Below, piece after piece: positions 20,110 through 29,361 of a DNA stretch of 64,000 nucleotides. Numbering within the stretch: position 1 is the first letter of the stretch; the number at the start of each line of letters is the position of its first letter. The position numbers and the translations under genes are program-made. Origin of the DNA: an uncultured Fibrobacterota bacterium (GTDB lineage Bacteria > Fibrobacterota > Chitinivibrionia > Chitinivibrionales > FEN-1185). The DNA lies in the NCBI GenBank assembly GCA_963729895.1, contig CAVSQB010000005.1, positions 224,001-288,000 of the forward strand, given 5' to 3'. The notes under the pieces were generated by a model, which was not told the DNA's origin, made no database searches, and saw only the letters and a program-made list of their open reading frames with translations.

Positions 20110-20820
20110 TCACGTACGACTCACAAGCTCGTCGAAACTAGCCGCTAGCTGGGGGCCCCGCGCTGCCTCGTCATCCTCGTGTTTGAAAAATACGAAAGCT
20201 TTCTTCCATTCCTGAGCGAGCACTTTCCTGGCCCATTGCGAGAGCTCGGTCTCCGTGTAATCCGACTTGCGCAGACGAAGATAACCCCACGGAGCGGTAC
20301 TGATGATTTCCTCAATCGGTTCCTCATCCGTGTCCTCCAAGCCAAGGCAGAATTTCCCCTTGCGGAGTAAGTCGTAGGTCGCGTCGTGAAACCAAGACTT
20401 GTTCCTGAAAAGGAATGCACAGGGAGTTTTCGGGGGTATAAGCCCCAGAAAATCCTCCAGCAGCACAAGGTTCTCCCGAAAACTACCCGGGAACTGGAAA
20501 AGGACCGAACCAAGCTTGCGTCCCAGGGTAGAGATCGTCTTGAGAAAATAACGCGTTTCTTCCTTCACGTCTTTTAGGCGCTTCACATGCGTAATGATCT
20601 GGGGAGCTTTGATGACAAACGTGAACCCGGCCGGGACCTGCTGCGCCCAGGACAGAACGACATGAGCAGTGGGCATGCGATAAAAAGTGTTGTTTATTTC
20701 CACTGTCGAAAGCCGGCCGGAATAAAAAGAAAGCATTTTGTCCGCGGACATCTTTTCGGGATAGAAAGTACCTTTCCATTCTTTGTAGCCGTAACCGCTT
20801 GTACCTGTCAGAATCTTCAT
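20110..20820 (-). CDS. DUF72 (YecE) family protein
   Basis: GTSGYGYKEWKGTFYP, VEINNTFYRMP, F.IKAPQ.ITH, LFQFP, YLRLR, VFFKHE. Confidence 0.9.
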   Translation of the reverse strand: MKILTGTSGYGYKEWKGTFYPEKMSADKMLSFYSGRLSTVEINNTFYRMPTAHVVLSWAQQVPAGFTFVIKAPQIITHVKRLKDVKEETRYFLKTISTLGRKLGSVLFQFPGSFRENLVLLEDFLGLIPPKTPCAFLFRNKSWFHDATYDLLRKGKFCLGLEDTDEEPIEEIISTAPWGYLRLRKSDYTETELSQWARKVLAQEWKKAFVFFKHEDDEAARGPQLAASFDELVSRT

Positions 20821-20834
20821 TTCTTCCCTCCTTT

Positions 20835-22400
20835 TCAAGGGGCAATGGAATTTCGATGCAAAGAGAAGATAGCTTCGTGAGGGTTCTTATCCTCTCTGAA
20901 CCGTAAGAAACGTGGTTGGCGCATCACCGTTTCCTTGGTCCAGCCTGCAAAAGCAACTTCGCAGACCAAGAGTGGTTTTGTCCAAATGGTGGTTTGGGTG
21001 CCATCCGGCGGCCCCATTGCAAACGGACATGTTTCCCGTGCCAGGGGTAAAAGTCTTTCGTACATTGTCTTGAGAGTCTTAGTGCTGAAACCCCCGCCCG
21101 AATGGCCGATGTAAACAAGATTGCCTTTGTCGTATGCGCCGAGAACAAGGCTGCCAAGATATTTTCTTGCTCCGCGGGGCTCGGTAAATCCGGCTATGAT
21201 GCAGTCCTGGGTGATGCGGTTCTTTATTTTTAGCCATTGCCTGCTCCTGGCTCCGGGCTTGTACGTGCTCAAGGAATGTTTTGCCATGATGCCTTCGATG
21301 CCTTTTTGCTTCGCAGCATTGAAAAAGGATTCGCCGTCTTTCCAAATGTGTTCGGAATATCGTATGTGTTCGCTATGGGGAAGTATTGTCTTCAAGAGAT
21401 CCTTTCTCCGTATGAGCGGCAGTCCGGTCAGGTCGCGGCCCTGATGAAACAAAATGTCAAAGACATAATAAATCAAATGGCCGCCGGCCGACTTAGGGAA
21501 ATCCTGGAGCTTTTGGAAGTCGGGAATTCCCTTGTTGTTCGCAATTACTATTTCGCCGTCCAGCACCGCTCTTACTCCGAGCTTTTGCAGGGAGGCGACA
21601 AGAGGAGAAAATTTCTTCATGAGCGGAATTTGGTTGCGGGAATAGAGCGCAACGCGGTCGTTATCAAGTTCGGCAATCGCCCGGTAGCCGTCCCACTTGA
21701 TTTCAAATATCCAGTCCTTGTGATTGAATGGCCTTCCTACCGCACCAGCCAGCATTGGCCGTATTTTGTGCGGCATGGGTCTCGTCGGCGCGATGATGTT
21801 CGGGTTTACAGGCCTTTGGGGGTCTTCACCGGAAAGTTCATCGACGGTTTTGTTGGAAGCAACCGAGCGGTTCTGCTCAAGGATGTCGGCGGCGGATGCG
21901 TACCGGTCCTTTTTCTTCAGTAAGAGCCACGATTTGTCGCCCCACCGTGTCTTAACAAGAGCGAACTCGCCTTTGAGCTTGCTTCCTGCAAGCACGAATT
22001 TCAAATCGCCGTGACGCAGGCCTTCCAGAAGCAATCGTTCCCCCTTCTTTCTTTCTTGTGAAAAAGGCGAGCCGTAAAAACCTTTGTCCCAGATTATCAT
22101 GGCGCCCGCGCCGTAATTGCCCTTTGGGATGCTTCCCTCAAAATCTTTGTACTCAAATGGATGGTCCTCGACGTGAACTGCCAGTCTTTTTACCGATGGG
22201 TCAAGAGAAGGGCCTTTGGGCACGGCGAAACTCTTAAGCACACCCTCCATTTCAAGCCTCAAGTCATAGTGGAGCCTGCGCGCGGCGTGCTTGTGCACCA
22301 CAAAAACAAGGTACTGTCCCTTGTTCTTCCGCCGAGAGGCAAGTCCTGGTTCGGATGTCTTTCTTAATTCACGTTTTTGCCGGTATTCTCCTAAGCCCAT
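20835..22400 (-). CDS. ligD: NHEJ DNA ligase D (phosphoesterase + ATP-dependent ligase, no polymerase domain)
   Basis: FVVHKHAARRLHYDLRLE..VPKGPS (PE); EIKWDGYR adenylation motif, LDGEIV, EGIMAK, WLKIK. Confidence 0.92.
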   Translation of the reverse strand: MGLGEYRQKRELRKTSEPGLASRRKNKGQYLVFVVHKHAARRLHYDLRLEMEGVLKSFAVPKGPSLDPSVKRLAVHVEDHPFEYKDFEGSIPKGNYGAGAMIIWDKGFYGSPFSQERKKGERLLLEGLRHGDLKFVLAGSKLKGEFALVKTRWGDKSWLLLKKKDRYASAADILEQNRSVASNKTVDELSGEDPQRPVNPNIIAPTRPMPHKIRPMLAGAVGRPFNHKDWIFEIKWDGYRAIAELDNDRVALYSRNQIPLMKKFSPLVASLQKLGVRAVLDGEIVIANNKGIPDFQKLQDFPKSAGGHLIYYVFDILFHQGRDLTGLPLIRRKDLLKTILPHSEHIRYSEHIWKDGESFFNAAKQKGIEGIMAKHSLSTYKPGARSRQWLKIKNRITQDCIIAGFTEPRGARKYLGSLVLGAYDKGNLVYIGHSGGGFSTKTLKTMYERLLPLARETCPFAMGPPDGTQTTIWTKPLLVCEVAFAGWTKETVMRQPRFLRFREDKNPHEAIFSLHRNSIAP

Positions 22401-23299
22401 GGATGCGGCAACCTCTGTCTTATTTCCAACATCTCCCGGTAGAAATCTCCTTTTCTTCCGGCCATCACGGCGGCTTCAGGAGCAAGGACCTGGAATTTCC
22501 CGGGGTCCTTCTGCTGCGCCGATTTCTCAAGATCTTTCCATGAAAAAGGGAACGAGACGGCAGGTTCTTTCGTGGCGCGTAAAGAATAAACGCAGACCAT
22601 TGTCTTGGAAGCATCGTTCTGCGACCAGTTGATAAAGACTTTGCCTTTGCGGTATTCTTTGTTCATTCTTGCCGTGACAAGGTCCGGGTAGTTCTTCTGC
22701 ATAATCGCGGTCACCGCCTTGGAAAAACTTTTAGTGCCCCTGAAGTTTGTCTTTTTGGGGTCAAGGGGTGCAAATACGTGAAGGCCCTTTTTTCCCGAGG
22801 TCTTTGCAAAACTTTCAAGCTTTAGGCCGGATAACAGATCCTTCAGTATGAGCGCCACGCTGGCGCAATCAAGGACGTCGGCGCCGTCGCCGGGGTCCAA
22901 GTCAAAGACCACCGAGTCGGGGTTATCAGGTGCATCGGCCTTTGCCATGGGCACATGGAGCTCGATTGACGCAAGGTTGCCAAGCCATATAAGGGTTTCC
23001 AAATTATTGGCCATGCAGTAGGTTATCTTATTTCTTTCTCCGTAGGAAACTTTGGCTGTTTTCAGCCAGGCGGGACGGCTTTTGGGACAGCGCTTCTCAA
23101 AAAAAGAAACCTGGTCAACGCCCTGGGGACAGCGCTTCAAGGTCAGGGCACGGCCCTTAAGAAACGGGAGCATGAACCGGGCGACAATGCCGTAATACTC
23201 GAGTATCCTCGTTTTCGTGAAGCCATAGAAAGGATAAAGATCTTTGTCAAGGTTCGACAACGACAATTCACGGCTGTTGATTGTTACCGTTTTGTTCAT
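22391..23299 (-). CDS. Stand-alone LigD polymerase (AEP PrimPol) domain
   Basis: SNLDKDLYP, LTLKRCPQG, FFEK, IELH, VFDLDPG, KTSGKKGLHV, INWSQN, YSLRA. Confidence 0.9.
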   Translation of the reverse strand: MNKTVTINSRELSLSNLDKDLYPFYGFTKTRILEYYGIVARFMLPFLKGRALTLKRCPQGVDQVSFFEKRCPKSRPAWLKTAKVSYGERNKITYCMANNLETLIWLGNLASIELHVPMAKADAPDNPDSVVFDLDPGDGADVLDCASVALILKDLLSGLKLESFAKTSGKKGLHVFAPLDPKKTNFRGTKSFSKAVTAIMQKNYPDLVTARMNKEYRKGKVFINWSQNDASKTMVCVYSLRATKEPAVSFPFSWKDLEKSAQQKDPGKFQVLAPEAAVMAGRKGDFYREMLEIRQRLPHPWA

Positions 23300-24150
23300 C
23301 TGCTCTTGTTCACCTTGTGCATGCTTTTTTCCAGGGCAGTCATCAGGTCCGCCATGCCTTCTGTTTCTTCTTCCTCCACCTCTGGTGCTTCGACCTCAGC
23401 CCTCTTCTTTACCTTTTTGTTTATCATATCCAAGAGTCTTTTCCTTCGGTCGTTTGAGTATCTTTCCGGAGCAAAGTCGGACATCATTCCCTTTATCCTT
23501 TTTTTGATAATGTTCTCTTCATCATCCGTTGCTTTGTCGGTTGCCGGCACCATAGCGTCGCCGGATAGTATTTCATCGCTGTAGTGAAGTGTGCTTGCGG
23601 CCAGTGCGCCGTCTCTGCTCATGATCAAGACGACATATTCACGGTCGTCAAGCACAAATTTGGCTAAACCCGCCTTCTTTGTCCTTTGCATCGACTCGGC
23701 AAGCAAACGGTAAGATTTTTCCCCGCCTTTGAGGGGGACAAGGAAATACGGGTGGTCGTAATAGATGGGGTCAACTTCTTTTATGTCGATGAATTCCGCT
23801 ATCTCGATGGTCCGGCTCCTGTCGGGTGAAACGGATTCCAGTTCCTTGTCTGTCACCACAACATGTTTGCCGGGTTCTATTTCAAAGCCCCTGATGATCT
23901 CTTCGGAAGGAACTATTTTTTCCTCTTCAGGGCAAAACATTGTGCGTTCAAGTGGTGAGTAATCCCTGGTATGAAGCAGATGAAATGAAACGCGTCCGGG
24001 TTCCACTGCTTTTACCAGGCGGACAGGAATGGCCACAAGGCTGAAGCTTACGGTTCCACTCCAAATACCCTGCGAGGAGATTTCTCGATCAGGGGATTGG
24101 TCTTTTTCCCCTTTGTATCCTGCGGATCTTGCCTTGCCTGAGTTCTTCAT
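23296..24150 (-). CDS. ku: NHEJ Ku protein (copy 2)
   Basis: IWSGTVSFSLVAIPVRL, EIIRGFE, IEIAEFI, DPIYYDHPYFLVP, DLMTALEKS. Confidence 0.9.
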   Translation of the reverse strand: MKNSGKARSAGYKGEKDQSPDREISSQGIWSGTVSFSLVAIPVRLVKAVEPGRVSFHLLHTRDYSPLERTMFCPEEEKIVPSEEIIRGFEIEPGKHVVVTDKELESVSPDRSRTIEIAEFIDIKEVDPIYYDHPYFLVPLKGGEKSYRLLAESMQRTKKAGLAKFVLDDREYVVLIMSRDGALAASTLHYSDEILSGDAMVPATDKATDDEENIIKKRIKGMMSDFAPERYSNDRRKRLLDMINKKVKKRAEVEAPEVEEEETEGMADLMTALEKSMHKVNKSR

Positions 24151-24917
24151 TACGCGGCCTTCTTCAGGCTTTTTTCGAGCGCCTCGAGAAGCTTGCCGGG
24201 TTTCGTTGGTTTAAGGTGTTGGGGAGTGAAGAGCGCGATTTTCTGACCAAGGGCCTTCTTCTTTATCATCTCCCTTAGCTTCTTCTGGTGCTCGTTAACA
24301 TATTTCTCCGGCTTAAAGGTGACCGTAAGCTTGTCTATTAGTTCGCTGCCTATGGCCACTTCTTTTTCAGACAATTCAAATGCCTCAAGGCCAAGAGATT
24401 TTGCCTGTACTATCTCGTCACTATACCTGAGCACATTGAGCCTGAGGATCCTGCCGGCTGACTGTAGGGCACCGAAATATGCGCGCTTTCTCATAACCCA
24501 CGTGCAAACGCCCTGCGCGTCCATATCTTTTAGCGCCGCCGCAAGCGCGTTGTAGCTTCTATTTGAGGAGTCAGGCTCGAGGTAATAAACGTGTTCGACG
24601 AAGACGGGGTCGATCACGCCGGTCTTCACAAATTCATGGACGTCGATGATCCTGCTGGATTCAGGTTCTGCTTGCTCTAATTCATCCGGGTCAATGAGAA
24701 TGTATTTCCTTTCATCCACCTGAAACCCTTTTGTCTGCTCTTCGGCAGGCACAGGAGCCTTGTCAAATTTGCATATCATCTGCTGCCTGAGTCTTGCCCG
24801 GTCCGTTTTGTGCAAAAGGTGAAACTGAACGCGGTTTTGACTGACGGCAGTGTGGAGTTTTACGGGGACATTTACGTCGCTGAATTGAATGTTTCCAATC
24901 CATATTGTTGAAGCCAT
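24150..24917 (-). CDS. ku: NHEJ Ku protein (copy 1, divergent)
   Basis: MASTIWIGNIQFSDVNVPVKL, KGFQ, IDVHEFV, IDPVFVEHVYYLEP, LRYSDEI, LLEALEKSL. Confidence 0.85.
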   Translation of the reverse strand: MASTIWIGNIQFSDVNVPVKLHTAVSQNRVQFHLLHKTDRARLRQQMICKFDKAPVPAEEQTKGFQVDERKYILIDPDELEQAEPESSRIIDVHEFVKTGVIDPVFVEHVYYLEPDSSNRSYNALAAALKDMDAQGVCTWVMRKRAYFGALQSAGRILRLNVLRYSDEIVQAKSLGLEAFELSEKEVAIGSELIDKLTVTFKPEKYVNEHQKKLREMIKKKALGQKIALFTPQHLKPTKPGKLLEALEKSLKKAA

Positions 24918-25091
24918 GCATCCCCCTTTCAACAACTAGGTCAGCAAATGACATACCGAATCGGCGCGGGGACACCCAATGACATTAAGGAAGGCAATCG
25001 CAATTCAGCGGATTGATGAACCGCCATGCTTGGTGCGAGGTTCTTCAATTTTAGGAGGGATCGTCTGAAGGTCACCGTAGAAATATTCAGG

Positions 25092-25520
25092 TTACTGTGC
25101 TTTGATCGGCGCTTTACGGAACCGACCCCATGCCACGAACGCGGAAAGCAGGCCGAGCACGAGTGTCGGCGGTATCCCGTACATTTCGCCGCGCGATACA
25201 TGGAAGGCCATCGCCAGTACCATCACCACTGTTAGCCCGAGGCCCGCTAAAGCTGAAAGGCGGGGGAGAATGCGGGTGATGGATGGAAGCAACAGGCCGA
25301 TCGCCCCGAGGAGCTCCGATGTGCCGATGAACCTGACAAGGGCCGCGGGAACCACCTGGGTCCAAGGCATGCCGTGGGCAAGCAAGGCAATGGGCTGGGT
25401 CAATTTCATGAAGCCGGCAAAACCGAATGCCAGAGCCAGCATGATCTGGACGATCCAAAGGGAGACGTGAAGCGCCTTATTCCGGGGACGTGCAAGTGTT
25501 GGCTCGACGTGATTACTCAT
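25092..25520 (-). CDS. DoxX-family membrane protein
   Basis: LWIVQIMLA..F..AG.MKL.QP, LVRFIG..ELLGAIGL.LP, FH..RGE. Confidence 0.85.
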   Translation of the reverse strand: MSNHVEPTLARPRNKALHVSLWIVQIMLALAFGFAGFMKLTQPIALLAHGMPWTQVVPAALVRFIGTSELLGAIGLLLPSITRILPRLSALAGLGLTVVMVLAMAFHVSRGEMYGIPPTLVLGLLSAFVAWGRFRKAPIKAQ

Positions 25521-25586
25521 GCGAATCCTCCTTCGGAAAAATCAAGACATGTACATTGATTCAACACTTCAGCTATTCCTATTCCT

Positions 25587-26918
25587 TTACTCTCCGATAA
25601 CCTCGATAGTTCTTCCCGTATCCATCGTCTTCAAAGAATCCAATCGCTGCGCCTGTGTGGTGTCGTGCCTCACTGCCTGCTTCATTCGCGCGTCGCGCAA
25701 GGAATCCTGCCGCGCGTCTTGCGCCACGGATGCATCGGCAATAGCTTTGAACCACTGCCCGATATTTCCGTCAAACTGGCCGAGCGTGTAGAGCGCCCCG
25801 TTCAACGTACTTTTTTGCGCCCAGATGTGTTCCTCGGTCAGGCGTTTTCTGTACGCCTCCTGTTCTCTTCCCGCTTCGCGTTTCGCCTCGAAAATAGGGT
25901 AGTACGATGTCGTTTGATTGCCGTGCAGGTCGTAGACCGTTATTGCCAGTCGGTAGTGGGAAGAATCTATCTGTAGTGCCTTGGTGATTCCTTCGCGCCT
26001 AGAGCCTTTGAAGTAAATGCTCTCGTGATAGGCGTCCGAGCTGAATCGCGTTTCCCTAAGACCGATATCGCTTGTGGCGGTGAAACTTAGGCTTACTTGC
26101 TGCGTTTCTGTGTAGGAAATGGATACGTTCTTTATCGACGGCCCCGAACCGAGATCGGCGGAGCCCGAGGCAACGTGGGTTGGGTTGAAGTACCAGGCGA
26201 GCTTGCAGGCCGCATTCCCCGTGTCCACGCCGTGCAGGTTTGACGGGAGACTGAGAGAACTGATGCCTGTGCGCTCGTCCAGAATAAAAGACATGCCGGT
26301 AAGTCCGAACGAAAAGGCTATACGGAGTCCGCCGATTTGGTTCCTGGCAAGCATGGCAGAAGAAAAACTCCTTGAGAACTGCTCTGCTTTATCAATTAGG
26401 AGAAGCTTAGTCGCAAAAGAGGTGTCCACGAGCGCAGCGGCTGAAACCGTCTGGACCGTACTGCACGCATTGCAGGGGAAAAAGAACCTTCTGGTTCCCT
26501 TTGCCGTGGTGTAACTGACTATTGAGGAATCAAACCGAAGCACTTGCGGCGCAGCCGAGAAGAAGTAGGATGCAGAAACGGTTGCATTGCGAAACCGGTA
26601 GGTCCGGTCGAAACGCATCAACAGATAATCGAACCCGCATTCGTAGGCCATGTGTTTGAGCATGTTGAAGTCGTAGTGCCATTCGGCCCTGCTTGCTTCA
26701 CAGAATGCGCATTCATTGAACAGCCCGGACCTCGGCGCATTGAGCGCCGGATGCGATGGTACCCCTGCAATTATGACAAGGGAATCCGACGGGCCTTCGG
26801 GAATGACAATTCCTGGTTTTTCCGGCACTTCTGAAGCCTGGATCATTGTGGCTGGAGACAGCATGGCGCAGATAAACAAGCATACGCAGGGGAATCCCTT
26901 AGAAAGGTTGTTAAGCAT
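25587..26918 (-). CDS. Hypothetical exported protein (orphan-like)
   Basis: Long ORF; probable signal peptide from MLNNLSKGFPCVCLFICAMLSPATMIQA (alternative start 26996); no recognised motifs. Confidence 0.55.
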   Translation of the reverse strand: MLNNLSKGFPCVCLFICAMLSPATMIQASEVPEKPGIVIPEGPSDSLVIIAGVPSHPALNAPRSGLFNECAFCEASRAEWHYDFNMLKHMAYECGFDYLLMRFDRTYRFRNATVSASYFFSAAPQVLRFDSSIVSYTTAKGTRRFFFPCNACSTVQTVSAAALVDTSFATKLLLIDKAEQFSRSFSSAMLARNQIGGLRIAFSFGLTGMSFILDERTGISSLSLPSNLHGVDTGNAACKLAWYFNPTHVASGSADLGSGPSIKNVSISYTETQQVSLSFTATSDIGLRETRFSSDAYHESIYFKGSRREGITKALQIDSSHYRLAITVYDLHGNQTTSYYPIFEAKREAGREQEAYRKRLTEEHIWAQKSTLNGALYTLGQFDGNIGQWFKAIADASVAQDARQDSLRDARMKQAVRHDTTQAQRLDSLKTMDTGRTIEVIGE

Positions 26919-27060
26919 ATTGCTGCAACAGCTTGTAAACGAGTTGGTTATGTCTAATAGTGGTGGAACCTTGTCCAAGAAAATACAATTTGGCATTGTG
27001 CTATCTTCCTCTTTTTCTATCGTTCCGATTTCAAGTGGCCAGATGGGGTTTCTGACATAA

Positions 27061-28354
27061 GGGGACCTCTAAAAATTGCCTAATTTGCCCAATTAATGCT
27101 TGACAAAGGCTATTTCGTCAATTATTTTAATTCCAGACAACAAACCTGCGAACCCACTACCGTCTGGAGGATATTGCGATGGGACAGATAGGCCTTTTTG
27201 ACCTTGAGAATCGCCTTTCCGAGCTTTCCGAAATGGGAGACCCTCTTGAAACCATCAATCGGGCCATACGTTGGAAGAGTTTTCGTCCTGTTATTGACAA
27301 GGCTTTTCGCAAGGAACGGAAGAGCAACGCCGGTCGTCCACCGTACGATTATATCCTGATGTTCAAGATTCTCGTGTTGCAGACGATGTATGGGCTTTCC
27401 GATGCGCAAACCCAGTTTCAGATTCTGGACCGATTGACGTTCAAACGGTTTCTTGAACTCACTTCCGAGGATAGCATTCCCGACGAGAAAACGGTCTGGT
27501 TGTTTCGGGAAACGCTGACACAAGCAGGCGTTGTCAAGAAGCTGTTTGACCTGTTCGGTCGTCAGTTGAACGAAGCGGGTTACACTGCCCAGAAAGGCCA
27601 AATAATAGATGCGAGTTTTGTCGAGGTACCTCGCCAGAGAAACACGCGGGAGGAGAATAAAGAAATCAAGAACGGGGGCACGCCGCAGGAATGGGAAAAG
27701 CACCCTGAGAAACTTCGTCAGAAAGATGTTGATGCGCGATGGACGAAGAAGAACGATCAGACGTTTTTTGGCTACAAGAACCATGCGTCGGTAGACGCGA
27801 AGCATAAAATCATTCGAGACTATGCGGCGACATCCGCAGAAGTGCACGACTCCAATATGCTTGAACCTCTCCTTAATCCTGAGAACACGAACGCGGACGT
27901 GTTTGCCGACAGCGCGTATCATTCGGAAAAGGCGGAACAAAGGCTTGATTATCTCTGGTACAGAAGCAAAATATGTGTCAAAGGGACTCGTGGCGCACCA
28001 TTGACGGAAGCACAATTGGCACAGAACCGGAAGAAATCCAAAGTCAGATCGCGTATAGAACATGTGTTTGCTCAAATAGAAATCATGTTTCGTGGCAGGA
28101 TCAGGTGTATCGGGCGGCTGAGGGCCGCGGCGAAGATAGGACTCCTGAACCTGGTTTACAACATAAAACGCTTTGCATATCTTGAGTGCCACGCCTGAAA
28201 AGCGGGACAGGACCGCACAAGGCCCCCAAAGGGACCGAAAAAAGAACAGTTTTGGGCACCTATCAGACAAATAGACGCCCTGACATCGCGAAATAATACT
28301 ATCTGTCAACATGATCTTGGAATCTACTATTTTACAGAATTTTTAGAGGTCCCC
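27061..28354 (+). mobile_element. Complete IS5-family insertion sequence (1294 bp)
   Basis: Perfect 17-bp terminal IRs GGGGACCTCTAAAAATT (27061-27077) and AATTTTTAGAGGTCCCC (28338-28354); ATAA flanks both ends (27057-60, 28355-58). Confidence 0.95.
27179..28198 (+). CDS. IS5-family DDE transposase
   Basis: GRPPYD..LMFK.LVLQ..YGLSD, PDEKTVWLFRE, IIDASFV, DARWTKK, FGYKNH, ADSAY, RSRIEHVF. Confidence 0.95.
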   Translation: MGQIGLFDLENRLSELSEMGDPLETINRAIRWKSFRPVIDKAFRKERKSNAGRPPYDYILMFKILVLQTMYGLSDAQTQFQILDRLTFKRFLELTSEDSIPDEKTVWLFRETLTQAGVVKKLFDLFGRQLNEAGYTAQKGQIIDASFVEVPRQRNTREENKEIKNGGTPQEWEKHPEKLRQKDVDARWTKKNDQTFFGYKNHASVDAKHKIIRDYAATSAEVHDSNMLEPLLNPENTNADVFADSAYHSEKAEQRLDYLWYRSKICVKGTRGAPLTEAQLAQNRKKSKVRSRIEHVFAQIEIMFRGRIRCIGRLRAAAKIGLLNLVYNIKRFAYLECHA

Positions 28355-28570
28355 ATAAGTGTCTCGGCCAGTTGGAACTTACTACCGCAAACTTGGGGCC
28401 AGGTGTCCGATCTTCACTTGTGCTCCTGGTCTTGAATATTTTCGCAAAAGTATTCCGGCGGTGATTTTTTCCTGCAACAAAATGTTTATTAATTCGTCTG
28501 TAACAAAGTTCAATCACGACCCTGTGCTCATCGAAACGATAACGTTCCAGCATAATCTGACGAAATGGTA

Positions 28571-28599
28571 TTGACACCTGACCTAAAATTCGTTATATT
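28571..28599 (+). promoter_or_regulatory. Sigma-70 promoter of the tetR-RND operon
   Basis: TTGACA (28571-76), 17-bp spacer, TATATT (28594-99). Confidence 0.7.
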
Positions 28600-28618
28600 T
28601 ATTCCTCGGTCATTAATC

Positions 28619-28632
28619 TGACTTAGGAGTCA
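28619..28632. promoter_or_regulatory. Candidate TetR operator overlapping the RBS
   Basis: Palindrome TGACT-TAGG-AGTCA; related half-sites TGACC (28579) and GGTCA (28608) flank the -10. Confidence 0.45.
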
Positions 28633-28634
28633 AA

Positions 28635-29291
28635 ATGGAACTCAATCCAAGAGAAGCAAAGGACCAGATAGTCCACGATGCAAAAAGTAACCTTATCCTC
28701 GATGCTGCACTCAAGGTGTTTGCGGAAAAAGGTTATCATGAATCAAGACTTGATGATATCGCTGCAACTGCCGGATTTTCAAAGGCTTCATTATATAACT
28801 ACTACGAGGACAAAGAAGAAATCTTTCTCCATATTCTTATTCGGATGCACGAGAAGATAATAGACGTGCTCAGGAGCGAAATCAAGGAAGACCGCCACAT
28901 AAAAGAAAACATTCTCGTCATGCTTCACTCCATTTTGAGAATTTATAGCGAAAACTTTTCGTTTTCGATGAGCATGACGGACCTAAAAACCATGGCGCCC
29001 GGCAGCATGGAAAAATTTCAGCAGCGGCACCAGCAATTGATGTCCCGGTTCAAACAATACAGCAACGAGGTGACCGAATTGTCGGTGTCGGTATTTTCCG
29101 TAGGGCGCAAACGTGGGGAAATTATTACCCCGCTTGACGATAAGACCCTGTCCCGCTATGTAACGTCGCTGGTTCGCGGGGTCATGTTCGATTGCAAAAA
29201 TGCCGGAAAAATCGGCGACATCGAAGTCCATGTCAGGGACATCATGGAGTTTTTGACAAAAGGGCTTGGGTTTACCACTCCGACGAAGTGA
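28635..29291 (+). CDS. TetR/AcrR-family regulator
   Basis: ILDAALKVFAEKGYH..RLDDIA..AGFSKASLYNYYEDKEEIF HTH. Confidence 0.92.
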   Translation: MELNPREAKDQIVHDAKSNLILDAALKVFAEKGYHESRLDDIAATAGFSKASLYNYYEDKEEIFLHILIRMHEKIIDVLRSEIKEDRHIKENILVMLHSILRIYSENFSFSMSMTDLKTMAPGSMEKFQQRHQQLMSRFKQYSNEVTELSVSVFSVGRKRGEIITPLDDKTLSRYVTSLVRGVMFDCKNAGKIGDIEVHVRDIMEFLTKGLGFTTPTK

Positions 29292-29361
29292 TGCCGGCGT
29301 TGAGATAGGCCTTGCAAAAGTAGACAAAAGGATAATTCGAATCCTGTCACGCTGATGGAGA

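Noticed and set aside
26946..27060. TTATGTC...GACATAA inverted pair as a MITE or attC site
   Set aside because: Only 7 bp match, no target duplication, no attC box structure and no integrase.
27122..28312. 396-aa antisense ORF spanning the IS
   Set aside because: Overlaps the whole transposase on the opposite strand and has no motifs; probably a shadow, although small antisense ORFs exist in some IS5 elements.
26996..28400. Possibility that the IS split the 5' end of the orphan gene
   Set aside because: Rebuilding the empty site gives an in-frame TAA about seven codons beyond the junction, so the insertion is intergenic.
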